In this document: in pieces, positions 50,348-60,953 of the stretch
Layout: each line of letters starts with the position of its first letter
Position numbering within the stretch: the first letter of the stretch is position 1
Source of the DNA: Acidobacteriota bacterium
Lineage (GTDB): Bacteria > Acidobacteriota > UBA6911 > RPQK01 > JADFOI01
NCBI GenBank assembly: GCA_963663035.1
Contig: OY760074.1
Location: 128,001-192,000, forward strand
Reading direction: 5' to 3'
DNA length: 64,000 bases
Notes under the pieces: generated by a model
What the model was told of the DNA's origin: nothing
Databases searched by the model: none
What the model saw: only the letters and a program-made list of their open reading frames with translations
Program-made: the position numbers and the translations under genes

Positions 50348-51991
50348 ATGAAGGCAATCCCAGGCAAACTTTTTTCTTTGAGAGTTTCGAGATCCACAGC
50401 ACTCCTGGCGTTTCTTTCGCTCTCGCTTTCCTCTTGTGGGTCTGAGACTGTCAGCAGCCCGGCCGGGTCTTTTGAGCTTCTGGAGGCGACCATAGAGGAT
50501 ATACATAATGCCTACAACTCGGGACAGCTCACTGCTCGCCAGCTGGTCCAACTCTATCTGGATCGGATTGAAGCCTATGACAGAAATGGACCACTCATTA
50601 ATTCCATCATCAATGTGAATCCCCAAGCACTCGAAGAGGCGGATAAACTGGATGCCGCCTTCGAGTCCTCCGGTTTGGTGGGCCCGCTTCACGGAATTCC
50701 AGTTATCCTCAAAGATCAGATTGATGCTGCCGGCGTGCAGACAACAATGGGCTCGGTGATCTTCAGGGACTACATTCCGGACTCAGACGCCTTTGCCATA
50801 TCAAAGCTCAGGGCAGCTGGTGCCATCGTTCTGGCTAAAGCCACCCTGGGTGAGTTGGGAGGCGGTGATACCCATGGGTCCCTCTTTGGGACAACACGAA
50901 ATCCCTATGCCTTGGATAGAACTGTGGGTGGTTCTTCCGGTGGGCCGGGTGGAGCCATTGCGGCAAACTTCGCTACCTTTGCGGTGGGGCAGGAAGGCTT
51001 TGCTTCGATTCGCAGGCCATCCTCCTTTAACTCTCTGGTGGGGATGAGACCATCGGCTGGCCTTGTCAGTCGAAGTGGGGTATGGAACGGATGGCCAACC
51101 TTAAACGGCTCTATGGGACCCATGGCACGCACGGTAAGAGATGTGGCCACGGTCTTGGAACTCCTGGTCGGCTATGATCCGGAAGATCCCATTACGGCCC
51201 GCGGGTTTGGCAAGACTCCGGAGAGCTACACGGCCTTCCTGAATGAGGATGGCCTAAGGGGAGCGCGGATTGGCGTCTTACGTGAGTCTATGGGTTCTAA
51301 TTCGGAGCCTGGGTCGGAAGATTTCCTGAAAGTCAAAGAGGTTTTCGACAAGGCCGTTGAAGACCTGAAAGCTGCGGGAGCCGAGCTGGTTGACCCGGTC
51401 GTTATTCCCGACCTGAAAGAGTTGCTGGGGAGAAGATCTGGGACTCCCTCCGGGGGGGGCGAGGGTAGTGATCCCTTCCAGGTCTACTTCGCCAGGAGCT
51501 CCAATCCCCCCTTCAAATCTCGTCAGGACGCCGTCGAGTCGCCCGACTTCGACAAGATGTTTCCATCTGCACAAAGGCGCCTGGCGGGAGGCTCACCTGA
51601 TCCGGAGGCTGAGGCAAGAGCTCAATTAAGACACTACGAATCTCTGGCAGCGGCGGAACGACTCATGACGAACCTCCTGAAGGTCATGGCGGATCATCAA
51701 CTGGACGCCATCGTTCACAATTCTGTAGAGCACACGCCGGCCATGATTGGGGACGGGACCAATCCGCCCTACCCCGGCTCGAGAGGAGCCCCCAACTTGA
51801 ACACCTTTTTACTGTACGTCCCCACCATCACGGTACCGGCGGGATTCACAACCGACAACCTTCCCACTGGGATCAGCTTCCTGGGAAGGCCCTACAGCGA
51901 GGGGACGATGATCAAACTGGCCTATTCCTATGAACAGGCCACAATGCATCGTAGACCACCGGAGAGCACACCCCCGCTTCCCCGTGACTAA
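50348..51991 (+). CDS. Amidase-signature family lipoprotein
   Basis: Lipobox LSSC; LHGIPVILKD, GGSSGG, FASIRRP, YEQATMHRRPP. Confidence 0.92.
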   Translation: MKAIPGKLFSLRVSRSTALLAFLSLSLSSCGSETVSSPAGSFELLEATIEDIHNAYNSGQLTARQLVQLYLDRIEAYDRNGPLINSIINVNPQALEEADKLDAAFESSGLVGPLHGIPVILKDQIDAAGVQTTMGSVIFRDYIPDSDAFAISKLRAAGAIVLAKATLGELGGGDTHGSLFGTTRNPYALDRTVGGSSGGPGGAIAANFATFAVGQEGFASIRRPSSFNSLVGMRPSAGLVSRSGVWNGWPTLNGSMGPMARTVRDVATVLELLVGYDPEDPITARGFGKTPESYTAFLNEDGLRGARIGVLRESMGSNSEPGSEDFLKVKEVFDKAVEDLKAAGAELVDPVVIPDLKELLGRRSGTPSGGGEGSDPFQVYFARSSNPPFKSRQDAVESPDFDKMFPSAQRRLAGGSPDPEAEARAQLRHYESLAAAERLMTNLLKVMADHQLDAIVHNSVEHTPAMIGDGTNPPYPGSRGAPNLNTFLLYVPTITVPAGFTTDNLPTGISFLGRPYSEGTMIKLAYSYEQATMHRRPPESTPPLPRD

Positions 51992-52105
51992 GATGCTGCC
52001 ATTTCACTTGATCCCGACCGGGAACAGGGATAAAATTGCAGGAAAAGGAACGGATAACCGATTTCGAGCAGAGTGTTTCAACCGATTGATTCAAAGGAGA
52101 TCACC

Positions 52106-54046
52106 ATGAGTAAGCATCTGAAAATTGTTACCAACCTTGTTCTTTGTCTGAGCGTTCTGTTGCTTTTCCAAGCCACGAACCTGTCCGCTCAACTGGCTCC
52201 CGAGGTCGCCCAAATGGGTTACGCGGACACCCTCTTTATCAACGGCAAGGTGGTGAGCATGGACGATACGTCCAAGTCAGCCGATCCCGGGAATATTTAT
52301 CAGGCCATGGCCATCAAAGGGGACAGGATCATGAAGCTGGGGACCAGCGCCCAAGTCCGGGCCCTGGCGGGACCCGACACAACGACTTATGATCTGGAGG
52401 GGAGAACCATCATCCCGGGCATTGTCGAGACTCACAGCCACATGTACGGTGGTGCTGTGCGGTTACTGGATCGGTTAGGCTTTAAGTATCCCCCCGAAGG
52501 AGTCTCTTTTTTCTCAGCCACAGCACACCCGACCGATCTGGAACAAACTCAGCAGATCCTGAAGGAGGGCATCCAGGATGCGGTCACCAAGGTGGAACCG
52601 GGTGACTGGATAGTGTTTAGTTTGCAGGGTCATCCTGATCAACCACCCTTGCAGCTCAAGCTGTGGGGAAACACTCGGCGTATTACCAACCGCAGGACCA
52701 TGGATCTGTGGGCACCGGAGAACCCAGTGCTGATGCGGCCTGGGAACAGAGGGAATATCAATTCCAAGGCCATGGAGATCATGGAGGAGTTTCTCCCCGG
52801 CTATGGCGCCTCCATCCACGAGACCATGCACGGAGACGTCATCGGAGTGGACATTGAAGAGACCGGCTGGGTGGGAAGCCAGGAGATGTCCGTGATCACC
52901 TGGGAGCTGTTTCTGGAGAAGCTGCCTCTGGCCACTCTGGCCGAGGCTATCAGGATCATCTCGGAGAACGCCACCCGTTCAGGAATCACCACTTTTTCAA
53001 GCCGCATCCAGTTCCCCAAGATCATGAGTGGGTATGCCACCCTGGCCGGATTGGGTCAAATGCCGATTCGATTCGCAGCTCACTATGAAATCCACCGCAT
53101 GCCCACCGATCCCCAGCAGACCCGTCAGATCTATCGACGGACAGGAGTCCTGCAGGGAATTGGAGACGATTACCTTTGGATTGACGGCGTGGCCTCAGAG
53201 CGCTGGGATTCCCAGTATCCGGAAGCGTGCACGGGTGCAGATACCGTAGCTCCAGCCAACATCAAAGCTCGAGAAGTCTGCCCGGTACCCGGGGAACTGC
53301 CTTGGGACACACTTGAGAATGCGGCCGCGGCCGGCTGGCGGCTGGCTGGAATACATATGTGTGGCAGCGAAAGCTTGCGAGCCTTCTTTCGGATGATCGA
53401 TGAGGCCCGCGAAGTGAACGGCTGGACGATGCAGCAGACGCGTGACATGAGGCTGACAGGCGAGCACTGCAATGTGATTGGTAAATCCCCCGAAACCTTA
53501 AAGGGATTGGTGGATTATGGGATGATCTTGAGCTGCAGTCCCGGAACCGCCATCAATGAGTCACCTGCCTGGGTTCGAGACTACGGCGAACAGATTCAGC
53601 CCTTTATCCAGCCCTACAAGACCTGGATTGACGCGGGTGTGAACCTGGTGGGGCAGAGTTGGGGTGGTGCTGGAGGGCTTGCCCAGTTGTGGCGGGCCAC
53701 GACTCGCCGACAGGGTGAGACAGTCTGGCAGCCCGATGAACGGATTGACCGGGTGCAAGCTCTCAAGATGTATACATCCTGGGCATCCCGATATGTCCTC
53801 AAAGAGGACGAAATTGGAACGCTGGAAGAGGGAAAGCTGGCTGATCTGGTTGTCTTGAGTAGTGATTTCTTCACTGTTCCGGTCGATGACATTTTAACAG
53901 TCCGTACTCCCATGACCATGGTAGGCGGCAAGATTGTCCAGTTACAGGAATCACTGGCAAATGCCTTTGGCGTTGACCAGGTGGGACCCGTCCGCGAAGT
54001 TCAAACAGACGACGAGTTGACGGCCCGATACCTGTCAGATAACTAA
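52106..54046 (+). CDS. Amidohydro_3-like exported protein, tandem copy 1
   Basis: PGIVETHSH, GIHMCG, GEHC, GTLEEGKLADLVVL; signal peptide; AAGGAG RBS. Confidence 0.85.
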   Translation: MSKHLKIVTNLVLCLSVLLLFQATNLSAQLAPEVAQMGYADTLFINGKVVSMDDTSKSADPGNIYQAMAIKGDRIMKLGTSAQVRALAGPDTTTYDLEGRTIIPGIVETHSHMYGGAVRLLDRLGFKYPPEGVSFFSATAHPTDLEQTQQILKEGIQDAVTKVEPGDWIVFSLQGHPDQPPLQLKLWGNTRRITNRRTMDLWAPENPVLMRPGNRGNINSKAMEIMEEFLPGYGASIHETMHGDVIGVDIEETGWVGSQEMSVITWELFLEKLPLATLAEAIRIISENATRSGITTFSSRIQFPKIMSGYATLAGLGQMPIRFAAHYEIHRMPTDPQQTRQIYRRTGVLQGIGDDYLWIDGVASERWDSQYPEACTGADTVAPANIKAREVCPVPGELPWDTLENAAAAGWRLAGIHMCGSESLRAFFRMIDEAREVNGWTMQQTRDMRLTGEHCNVIGKSPETLKGLVDYGMILSCSPGTAINESPAWVRDYGEQIQPFIQPYKTWIDAGVNLVGQSWGGAGGLAQLWRATTRRQGETVWQPDERIDRVQALKMYTSWASRYVLKEDEIGTLEEGKLADLVVLSSDFFTVPVDDILTVRTPMTMVGGKIVQLQESLANAFGVDQVGPVREVQTDDELTARYLSDN

Positions 54047-54207
54047 AGCAGTTCTGGAGGCCGCCGCCCATGGCGGCCTCCTCCCCTCCTCCCCCCCCCC
54101 TTTTTCTGGCACACAATGGATGTTTCCCCTTGCTACTGGCAGGGAAGGGCGTATAAGATTGCAAAAAAAAGAGAGAGTAACAACCGATTGATTCAAAGGA
54201 GATTACC

Positions 54208-56163
54208 ATGAGTAAGCATCTGAAAATTATCACCAACCTTGTTCTTTGTCTGAGCGTTCTGTTGCTTTTCCAAGCCACGAACTTGTCCGCTCAGCTGGCT
54301 CCCGAGGTAGCCCAAATGGGTTACGCGGACACGATCTTTGTCAACGGCAAGGTGGTAACCCTGGACGATACGTCCAGCTCAGCCAACCCCGGGAATATCT
54401 ATCAGAGCATTGCCATCAAAGGGGACAGGATCATGAAGCTGGGGACCAGCGCCCAAGTCCGGGCCCTGGCGGGACCCGACACAACGACTTATGATCTACA
54501 GGGGAGAACCGTGATCCCGGGCATTGTCGAGACTCACAGCCACATGTACGGCGGTGCCGTGCAGTTGCTGGATCGCTTAGGCTTTAAGTATCCCCCCGAC
54601 GGAGTCTCTTTTTTCTCAGCTACAGCACACCCGACCGACCTGGAACAAACCCAGCAGATCCTGAAAGAGGGTATCCAGGATGCGGTCACCAAGGTGGAAC
54701 CGGGTGACTGGATTGTCTTTAACCTGAGAGGTCATCCTGATCAACCACCCTTGCAGCTCAAGCTGTGGGGAAACACTCGGCGTATTACCAACCGCAGGAC
54801 TATAGATCTGTGGGCACCGGATAACCCGGTGCTGATGCAGCCTGGGAACAGAGGGAATATCAATTCCAAGGCCATGGAGATCATGGAGGAGTTTCTCCCC
54901 GGCTATGGCGCCTCCATCCACGAGACCATGCACGGGGACGTCATCGGAGTGGACATTGAAGAGACCGGCTGGGTGGGAAGCCAGGAGATGTCCGTGATCA
55001 CCTGGGAGCTGTTTCTGGAGAAGCTGCCTCTGGCCACTCTGGCCGAGGCTATCAGGATCATCTCGGAGAACGCCACCCGTTCAGGAATCACCACTTTTTC
55101 AAGCCGCATCCAGTTCCCCAAGATCATGAGTGGGTATGCCACCCTGGCCGGATTGGATCAAATGCCGATTCGGTTCGCAGCTCACTATGAAATCCACCGC
55201 ATGCCCACCGATCCCCAGCAGACCCGTCAGATCTATCGGCGGACGGGAGTCCTGCAGGGAATTGGAGACGATTTCCTTTGGATTGACGGTGTGGCCTCAG
55301 AGCGTTGGGATTCCCAGTATCCGGAATCGTGCACGGGTGCGGATACCATAGCTCCAGCCAACATCAAGGCTCGGGAAGTCTGCCCGGTACCCGGGGAACT
55401 GCCTTGGGACACACTTGAGAATGCGGCCGCTGCCGGCTGGCGGCTGGCTGGAGTTCACATGTGTGGCAGCGAAAGTTTGCGAGCCTACTTTCGGATGATC
55501 GATGAGGCCCGCGAAGTGAATGGCTGGAGCATGCAGCAGGTGCGCGACATGAGGCTGACAGGCGAGCACTGCAATTTGATTGGTAAAGCCCCCGAAATCA
55601 TAAAGGGATTGGTGGATTACGGGATGATCCTGAGCTGCAGTCCCGGAACCGCCGTCAATGAGTCACCTGCCTGGGTTCGAGACTACGGCGAACAGATCCA
55701 GCCCTTTATCCAGCCCTACAAGACCTGGATTGAAGCAGGTGTGAGGCTGGTGGGGGAGGGTTGGGGTGGTGGATTTGGTGGTGGAGCACCCTTTGCCAAG
55801 ACGTGGCTGGCGGCAACTCGCCAGGATCCCGAGGGGAATGTCTGGCAGCCCGATGAACGGATTGACCGGGTGCAGGCCCTCAAGATGTATACATCCTGGG
55901 CATCAAACTATGTCCTCAAGGAGGACGAGCTCGGAACCCTGGAAGAGGGTAAGCTGGCAGATCTGGTTGTTTTGGATCGTGACTTCTTTACCATTCCGCT
56001 CAATGACGTTTTGAAAGTCCGTACTCCCATGACCATGGTAGGCGGAAAGATTATTCAGTTACAGGAATCACTGGCCAATGCCTTTGGCGTTGACCAGGTT
56101 GGACCCGTCCAGGAAGTCCAAACAGACGAGGAGATGACGTCTCGATACCTGGGAGATAACTGA
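54208..56163 (+). CDS. Amidohydro_3-like exported protein, tandem copy 2
   Basis: Paralog of copy 1 with the same motifs. Confidence 0.85.
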   Translation: MSKHLKIITNLVLCLSVLLLFQATNLSAQLAPEVAQMGYADTIFVNGKVVTLDDTSSSANPGNIYQSIAIKGDRIMKLGTSAQVRALAGPDTTTYDLQGRTVIPGIVETHSHMYGGAVQLLDRLGFKYPPDGVSFFSATAHPTDLEQTQQILKEGIQDAVTKVEPGDWIVFNLRGHPDQPPLQLKLWGNTRRITNRRTIDLWAPDNPVLMQPGNRGNINSKAMEIMEEFLPGYGASIHETMHGDVIGVDIEETGWVGSQEMSVITWELFLEKLPLATLAEAIRIISENATRSGITTFSSRIQFPKIMSGYATLAGLDQMPIRFAAHYEIHRMPTDPQQTRQIYRRTGVLQGIGDDFLWIDGVASERWDSQYPESCTGADTIAPANIKAREVCPVPGELPWDTLENAAAAGWRLAGVHMCGSESLRAYFRMIDEAREVNGWSMQQVRDMRLTGEHCNLIGKAPEIIKGLVDYGMILSCSPGTAVNESPAWVRDYGEQIQPFIQPYKTWIEAGVRLVGEGWGGGFGGGAPFAKTWLAATRQDPEGNVWQPDERIDRVQALKMYTSWASNYVLKEDELGTLEEGKLADLVVLDRDFFTIPLNDVLKVRTPMTMVGGKIIQLQESLANAFGVDQVGPVQEVQTDEEMTSRYLGDN

Positions 56164-56239
56164 AGCAGTTCTGGAGGCCGCCCCTGGCGGCCTCTTCCCC
56201 CCACCCTTTCTTTGGAGTCATCCGCCAATGGAGATCACC

Positions 56240-58177
56240 ATGAGCCAACATCTAAGAATTGTGACCAACCTTGTTCTTTGTCTGAGCGTTCTCTTGGTTT
56301 TCGAAGCTACCAATCTGTCCGCTCAGTTAGCTCCCGAGGTGGCCCAAATGGGCTACGCTGACACGATCTTTGTCAACGGCAAGATCGTGAGCATGGACGA
56401 TTACTCCAACTCAACCAGTACCGGGACTCTCTATCAAGCCATTGCCGTCAAAGGGACCAAGATCATGAAGCTGGGGACCAGCGCTCAAGTCCGGGCCCTG
56501 GCGGGACCCGACACAACGACTTATGATCTGCAGGGGAGAACCCTGATTCCCGGCATTATCGAGCCTCACACCCACATGTACGGCCGGGCCGTGCAGTACC
56601 TGGATCGGTTAGGCTTTAAGTACCCTCCCGAGGGTGTGGTGATGGCGACGACCAATGCCGAGCGTACGCTTGAAGAAACTCAGGCCAACGTGAAGAACGC
56701 ACTCCAGGAAGCGGTCGAGAAGGCCAACCCCGGCGACTGGGTCGTGCTCAGGGTGACCCCTCACCCTGACGCACCCGTTGAGCTGCGGGTCTGGGCCTGG
56801 ACTCGACGTTTGACCGAGAAGAAGACCATCGACCTGTGGGGAGGTAATGAGAATCCGGTTCTGCTTCAACCCAGCACGAGAGGCTGGGTGAATTCCAAGG
56901 CACTGGAGGTCTTGGAGGAGTTTCTCCCCGGATATGGCGCCTCCATTCACGAGACCATGCACGGGGACGTCATCGGAGAGGACATCACCGAAATCGGATG
57001 GGTGGGCAGCCAGGAGATGTCCGTGATTACCTGGGAGCTGTTTCTGGAAAAACTGCCTCTGGCCACTCTGGCCGAGGCCATCAGGATCATCTCGGAGGAT
57101 GCCACCCGTACCGGAATCACCACTTTTTCAAGCCGCATCCAGTTCCCCAAGATCATGAGTGGGTATGCCACCCTGGCCGGATTGGGTAAAATGCCGATTC
57201 GCTTTTCAGCTCACTATGAAATCCACCGCATGCCGACCGACCCCCAGCAAACCCGTCAGATCTATCGGCGGACTGGAGTGCTGCAGGGAATTGGAGACGA
57301 TTATCTGTGGATTGACGGTGTGGCCTCAGAGCGCTGGGATTCGAATTACCCCGAGTCTTGTACAGGACCGGATACCATTGCTCCACCGCACATCAAAGCT
57401 CGAGAGGTTTGCCCGGTACCCGGGGAACTGCCTTGGGATACGCTTGAAAACGCCGCCGCCGCCGGCTGGCGCCTGGCGGGAGTGCACATCTGCGGCAGCG
57501 AAAGTGCACGAGCTTTCTTTCGGATGATCGATGAGGCCCGCGAAGTGAATGGCTGGTCGATGCAGCAGGTTCGAGACATGAGGTTGACAGGCGAACACTG
57601 CGGTCTGGTCGGACAACTCCCCGAGATCATCAAGGGATTGAAGGATTATGGGGTCATCTTGAGCTGCGGTCCCGGAAGGGTCATGAGTGAGTCACCTTCC
57701 TGGATTGCAGACTACGGCGAGCAAATTGAGCCTTTTATTCTGCCCTTCAACACCTGGATCAAAGAGGGGGTGAAACTGGTCGGGCAGGATTGGGGTGGTT
57801 CACCACCCATGGGCAAGCTGTGGCAGGCGGTAACTCGCCAGGATCCGGATGGGGTCGTGTGGCAGCCCAATGAACGGGTTGACCGCGTGCATGCCCTCAA
57901 GATGTGGACTTCCTGGGCCTCCGAATATGTCCTCAAAGAGAACCAACTCGGAAGCCTGGAAGAGGGAAAGTTCGCAGATCTGGTTGTTCTGGACCGTGAC
58001 TACTTTACAATTCCAACCAATGACATTTTGAAGGTCCGGACTCCCATGACCATGGTCGGCGGAAAGATAATCCAGTTACAGGAATCACTGGCAGCTGCCT
58101 TTGGCGTTGACCAGGTGGGACCCGTCTACAGCTTTTCAGATGAGGAAGTGACGGCTCGATTCCTGGGAGATAACTGA
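56240..58177 (+). CDS. Amidohydro_3-like exported protein, tandem copy 3
   Basis: [33 protein letters not shown]. Confidence 0.85.
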   Translation: MSQHLRIVTNLVLCLSVLLVFEATNLSAQLAPEVAQMGYADTIFVNGKIVSMDDYSNSTSTGTLYQAIAVKGTKIMKLGTSAQVRALAGPDTTTYDLQGRTLIPGIIEPHTHMYGRAVQYLDRLGFKYPPEGVVMATTNAERTLEETQANVKNALQEAVEKANPGDWVVLRVTPHPDAPVELRVWAWTRRLTEKKTIDLWGGNENPVLLQPSTRGWVNSKALEVLEEFLPGYGASIHETMHGDVIGEDITEIGWVGSQEMSVITWELFLEKLPLATLAEAIRIISEDATRTGITTFSSRIQFPKIMSGYATLAGLGKMPIRFSAHYEIHRMPTDPQQTRQIYRRTGVLQGIGDDYLWIDGVASERWDSNYPESCTGPDTIAPPHIKAREVCPVPGELPWDTLENAAAAGWRLAGVHICGSESARAFFRMIDEAREVNGWSMQQVRDMRLTGEHCGLVGQLPEIIKGLKDYGVILSCGPGRVMSESPSWIADYGEQIEPFILPFNTWIKEGVKLVGQDWGGSPPMGKLWQAVTRQDPDGVVWQPNERVDRVHALKMWTSWASEYVLKENQLGSLEEGKFADLVVLDRDYFTIPTNDILKVRTPMTMVGGKIIQLQESLAAAFGVDQVGPVYSFSDEEVTARFLGDN

Positions 58178-58193
58178 AGTAGTTGAGGAGACG

Positions 58194-58781
58194 ATGGCGG
58201 TAAAGAACATTCTCATGCTGGTGGGCGATTTCGTTGAGGACTACGAAGCCATGGTTCCCTTTCAGATCTTGACCATGGTGGGTCATACGGTCCATACAGT
58301 TTGTCCCGACAAGAAGTCGGGCGAATCAGTGCGGACAGCGGTCCACGATTTTGAGGGGGACCAGACCTACACCGAGAAGCCGGGCCACAACTTTGCCCTC
58401 AACGCCACCTTTGCAGAGATCAAACCCGAGACCTACGACGCACTGGTCATCCCGGGAGGGCGGGCACCGGAATACCTTCGACTCAACGAGACTGTCTTAG
58501 ACGTCGTCCGGCACTTTTCGGAAGCCAACAAACCCATTGCCGCCATCTGTCATGGACTCCAGATTTTGACGGCAGCGGGCGTGGTCGAGAATAAGCTCTG
58601 CACCGCTTATCCGGCCGTCCAACCTGAGCTGATTCAGGCAGGTGCCAAGTGGGGGGAGGTCAACGCCACCTTCTCTAATGCGTATGTGGATGGAAACCTT
58701 GTCACAGCAGCAGCCTGGCCCGGCCATCCGGAGTGGATGGCTAAGTTCCTGGAAGTGCTCGGCACCAGAATAGACCCCTAG
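58194..58781 (+). CDS. DJ-1/PfpI family protein
   Basis: [24 protein letters not shown]. Confidence 0.93.
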   Translation: MAVKNILMLVGDFVEDYEAMVPFQILTMVGHTVHTVCPDKKSGESVRTAVHDFEGDQTYTEKPGHNFALNATFAEIKPETYDALVIPGGRAPEYLRLNETVLDVVRHFSEANKPIAAICHGLQILTAAGVVENKLCTAYPAVQPELIQAGAKWGEVNATFSNAYVDGNLVTAAAWPGHPEWMAKFLEVLGTRIDP

Positions 58782-58792
58782 TCGGGGAATTT

Positions 58793-60946
58793 TCAAAAGT
58801 CAAAGATATAGGTGAGCTTGGCGATAAGTGCCCTTTCCCTGACCTCGCCGTCGGTGCTGCGACTTTCGTTGTAGACCACAAAGAGATCGCTCAGAGGCTT
58901 GTGAATGAAGTTGAAGCGAATGTTGCTGGAAATCTCGTCCACGGTGCTGTTGTACTGGATCAGAGCGTTCAAGAACATGCGGGGGCTGAAGGAGTAGTTG
59001 AGGCGGGTGGTGACCAGATCGGTGGAAAAATCGCCCGAGGGTAGATCCACATCTTCGTGTTTCCAGGAAAGGTCCACGACAAACTGGTGATTGGGCTGGA
59101 AGAGGAAGCCAGCGGTGTAGGTGTCCTGGTGGCCGTCAAAGAACTCCCCGATTCTCAGATTGATGCTGCCACTGAACATGCGGCTTCGGTCGCTGGAGAA
59201 ACTGGCGGCAATATCCTCAAACACGTAGTCTCCCACCGCGATGTCCTGAGTGGAGAGGATGGAAAAGGGCTCATCCAGTCGTTCAAACCGAACCCGGTGT
59301 GTAATCCCGAATAAGGCTCCATTCTGAAAGTCGATGGAGAGCCTCTGATCGAAGCTCTTGTCTTCTACCCGGTTGTCCTGATCTGTGATGTACTCGATTC
59401 CGGTGGAGGGCCTGAACTCCCGAATCCAGGGAATTCGCTCTTCCGGTCGGAACTTGAAGGTGAACTCCCCAAGGCTTTTTCTCATCTTCTTGCGGGGTAC
59501 GAATCCCACTTCTGGATTGAAATTCTCTTCAATGGAGAGATAATTTCCCGAAATGTTAAAGCGCTGGTCCTCCCACCCCGCGAAGAGACCGCCTGCCGTG
59601 TCCTGGCCCGTGAGTCCGGGAGTGTCGGTTTTCAGAAAAAAGGAAGCGATTTCCAGGTATCGCATGAAGCGCAGATGGTTGTCCAGGCCGTAGGTGCGGT
59701 TGTGTTCACCGCCTCCTTGCTTGTTAATGAAGACGCCGCCCACATCGGAGCTGTTGAAGATGTCTCTGCGCACCCGGGCTACCGAAAAATTGGTGGAAGG
59801 GAGCTCTTCAAATTCATCGGTCTGAATGGAGAGGAAGCCAAGGCGATATTTGCCTGCACTGCCTGTGAGGCGGGCTCCCCCCAGGATCGGTACCACCCGG
59901 CCTCCAGAGAGGCCGATGCGGCGAGTGAAAAAAGCAATCATGTCGCGGTTTCTGTTGCGAAGCTCCCTACCCTGCCTCCTCACCTGAAACAGAGCCGCAT
60001 TTTCCAGGAAAAACTCCCGCTTCTCTGGGAAAAACAGCGGGAACCGGGTCAGATTGATCTGCTGCCGATCTGCCTCCACTTGAGAGAAGTCCGTGTTCAC
60101 CGTGACATCCAGGGCCAGACCCGTGGTCACTCCGAATTTCACATCCAGCCCCACATCGGGAGTGAAATCCACGTCATCTCCCTCGCGACGAAGGATGGGA
60201 GCCAACACGTAGGGTTTCACATAGAGACTGTTGCCCTGGCGAATTCCGTTGAGACCGTTCAGCTCCCCGGCCATCGAGACCCGGCTGGTGAGATAGGAGC
60301 GGGGTATGGCTGACCAGTTGACGCTCTCGAACTTGCGGCGGATATTGCGGCCAAAGTTCAGTCCCCAAACCTGTTGCTCGTCTTCGCGAAAACGAAAGGT
60401 ACGGAAGGGGATGGCTATTTCCGCCTGCCAACCCAGCTCGGTGATTCTGGTATTCACATACCAGATGCCGTCCCAGTCATAGTTTCTTGTCTCTCCGTCT
60501 CCGGAAATCTGGCCGTCCCGCTTGGCTCCCCCCGGGTTGGTGGAGAGTATGAAGCCGTTGCGATTGTCATCAAAGGTGTCAAAAACCATGGTGAAGGTGT
60601 CATTGTCGCGGGGAGTGAAATCCCTGGCGAGATTGTTCACAACGATCCCCTCCGGGCCCGCAGAGTCAAAACAGTACACTCCCAGATACAGGTTCTCGTC
60701 ATCGTAAAGGATCCTTACTTCGGTCCTCTCGCTGCTCGGCTCACCTGTTCTCGGCTCCTTCTGAATGAAATCGGAGGTGGGCTCGGCCAGGCTCCATGCC
60801 GCCTCGTCCAGGATACCGTCCATGACAATGGGAGATTCGATGAAAGTGGCAGTGACCTTCCGGCCTGGGTCCTGGGCCAGGGAGGCCTGGGTCCAGCAGC
60901 ACAGGGCCAGAGCAGTTCCCACCAGCCGGTAGACTCTCCCTGGCAA
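58793..60946 (-). CDS. CBM9-like + DUF5916-like outer-membrane protein, copy B (start uncertain)
   Basis: DGILDEAAW, YDDENLY, NTDFSQVEAD, FFPEKREFFLE, terminal Phe. Confidence 0.83.
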   Translation of the reverse strand: MPGRVYRLVGTALALCCWTQASLAQDPGRKVTATFIESPIVMDGILDEAAWSLAEPTSDFIQKEPRTGEPSSERTEVRILYDDENLYLGVYCFDSAGPEGIVVNNLARDFTPRDNDTFTMVFDTFDDNRNGFILSTNPGGAKRDGQISGDGETRNYDWDGIWYVNTRITELGWQAEIAIPFRTFRFREDEQQVWGLNFGRNIRRKFESVNWSAIPRSYLTSRVSMAGELNGLNGIRQGNSLYVKPYVLAPILRREGDDVDFTPDVGLDVKFGVTTGLALDVTVNTDFSQVEADRQQINLTRFPLFFPEKREFFLENAALFQVRRQGRELRNRNRDMIAFFTRRIGLSGGRVVPILGGARLTGSAGKYRLGFLSIQTDEFEELPSTNFSVARVRRDIFNSSDVGGVFINKQGGGEHNRTYGLDNHLRFMRYLEIASFFLKTDTPGLTGQDTAGGLFAGWEDQRFNISGNYLSIEENFNPEVGFVPRKKMRKSLGEFTFKFRPEERIPWIREFRPSTGIEYITDQDNRVEDKSFDQRLSIDFQNGALFGITHRVRFERLDEPFSILSTQDIAVGDYVFEDIAASFSSDRSRMFSGSINLRIGEFFDGHQDTYTAGFLFQPNHQFVVDLSWKHEDVDLPSGDFSTDLVTTRLNYSFSPRMFLNALIQYNSTVDEISSNIRFNFIHKPLSDLFVVYNESRSTDGEVRERALIAKLTYIFDF

Positions 60947-60953
60947 GAGGCCC

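Noticed and set aside
51452-51459. G8 tract in the amidase as a phase-variation switch
   Set aside because: In frame, encodes a Gly-rich loop, unremarkable at this GC content
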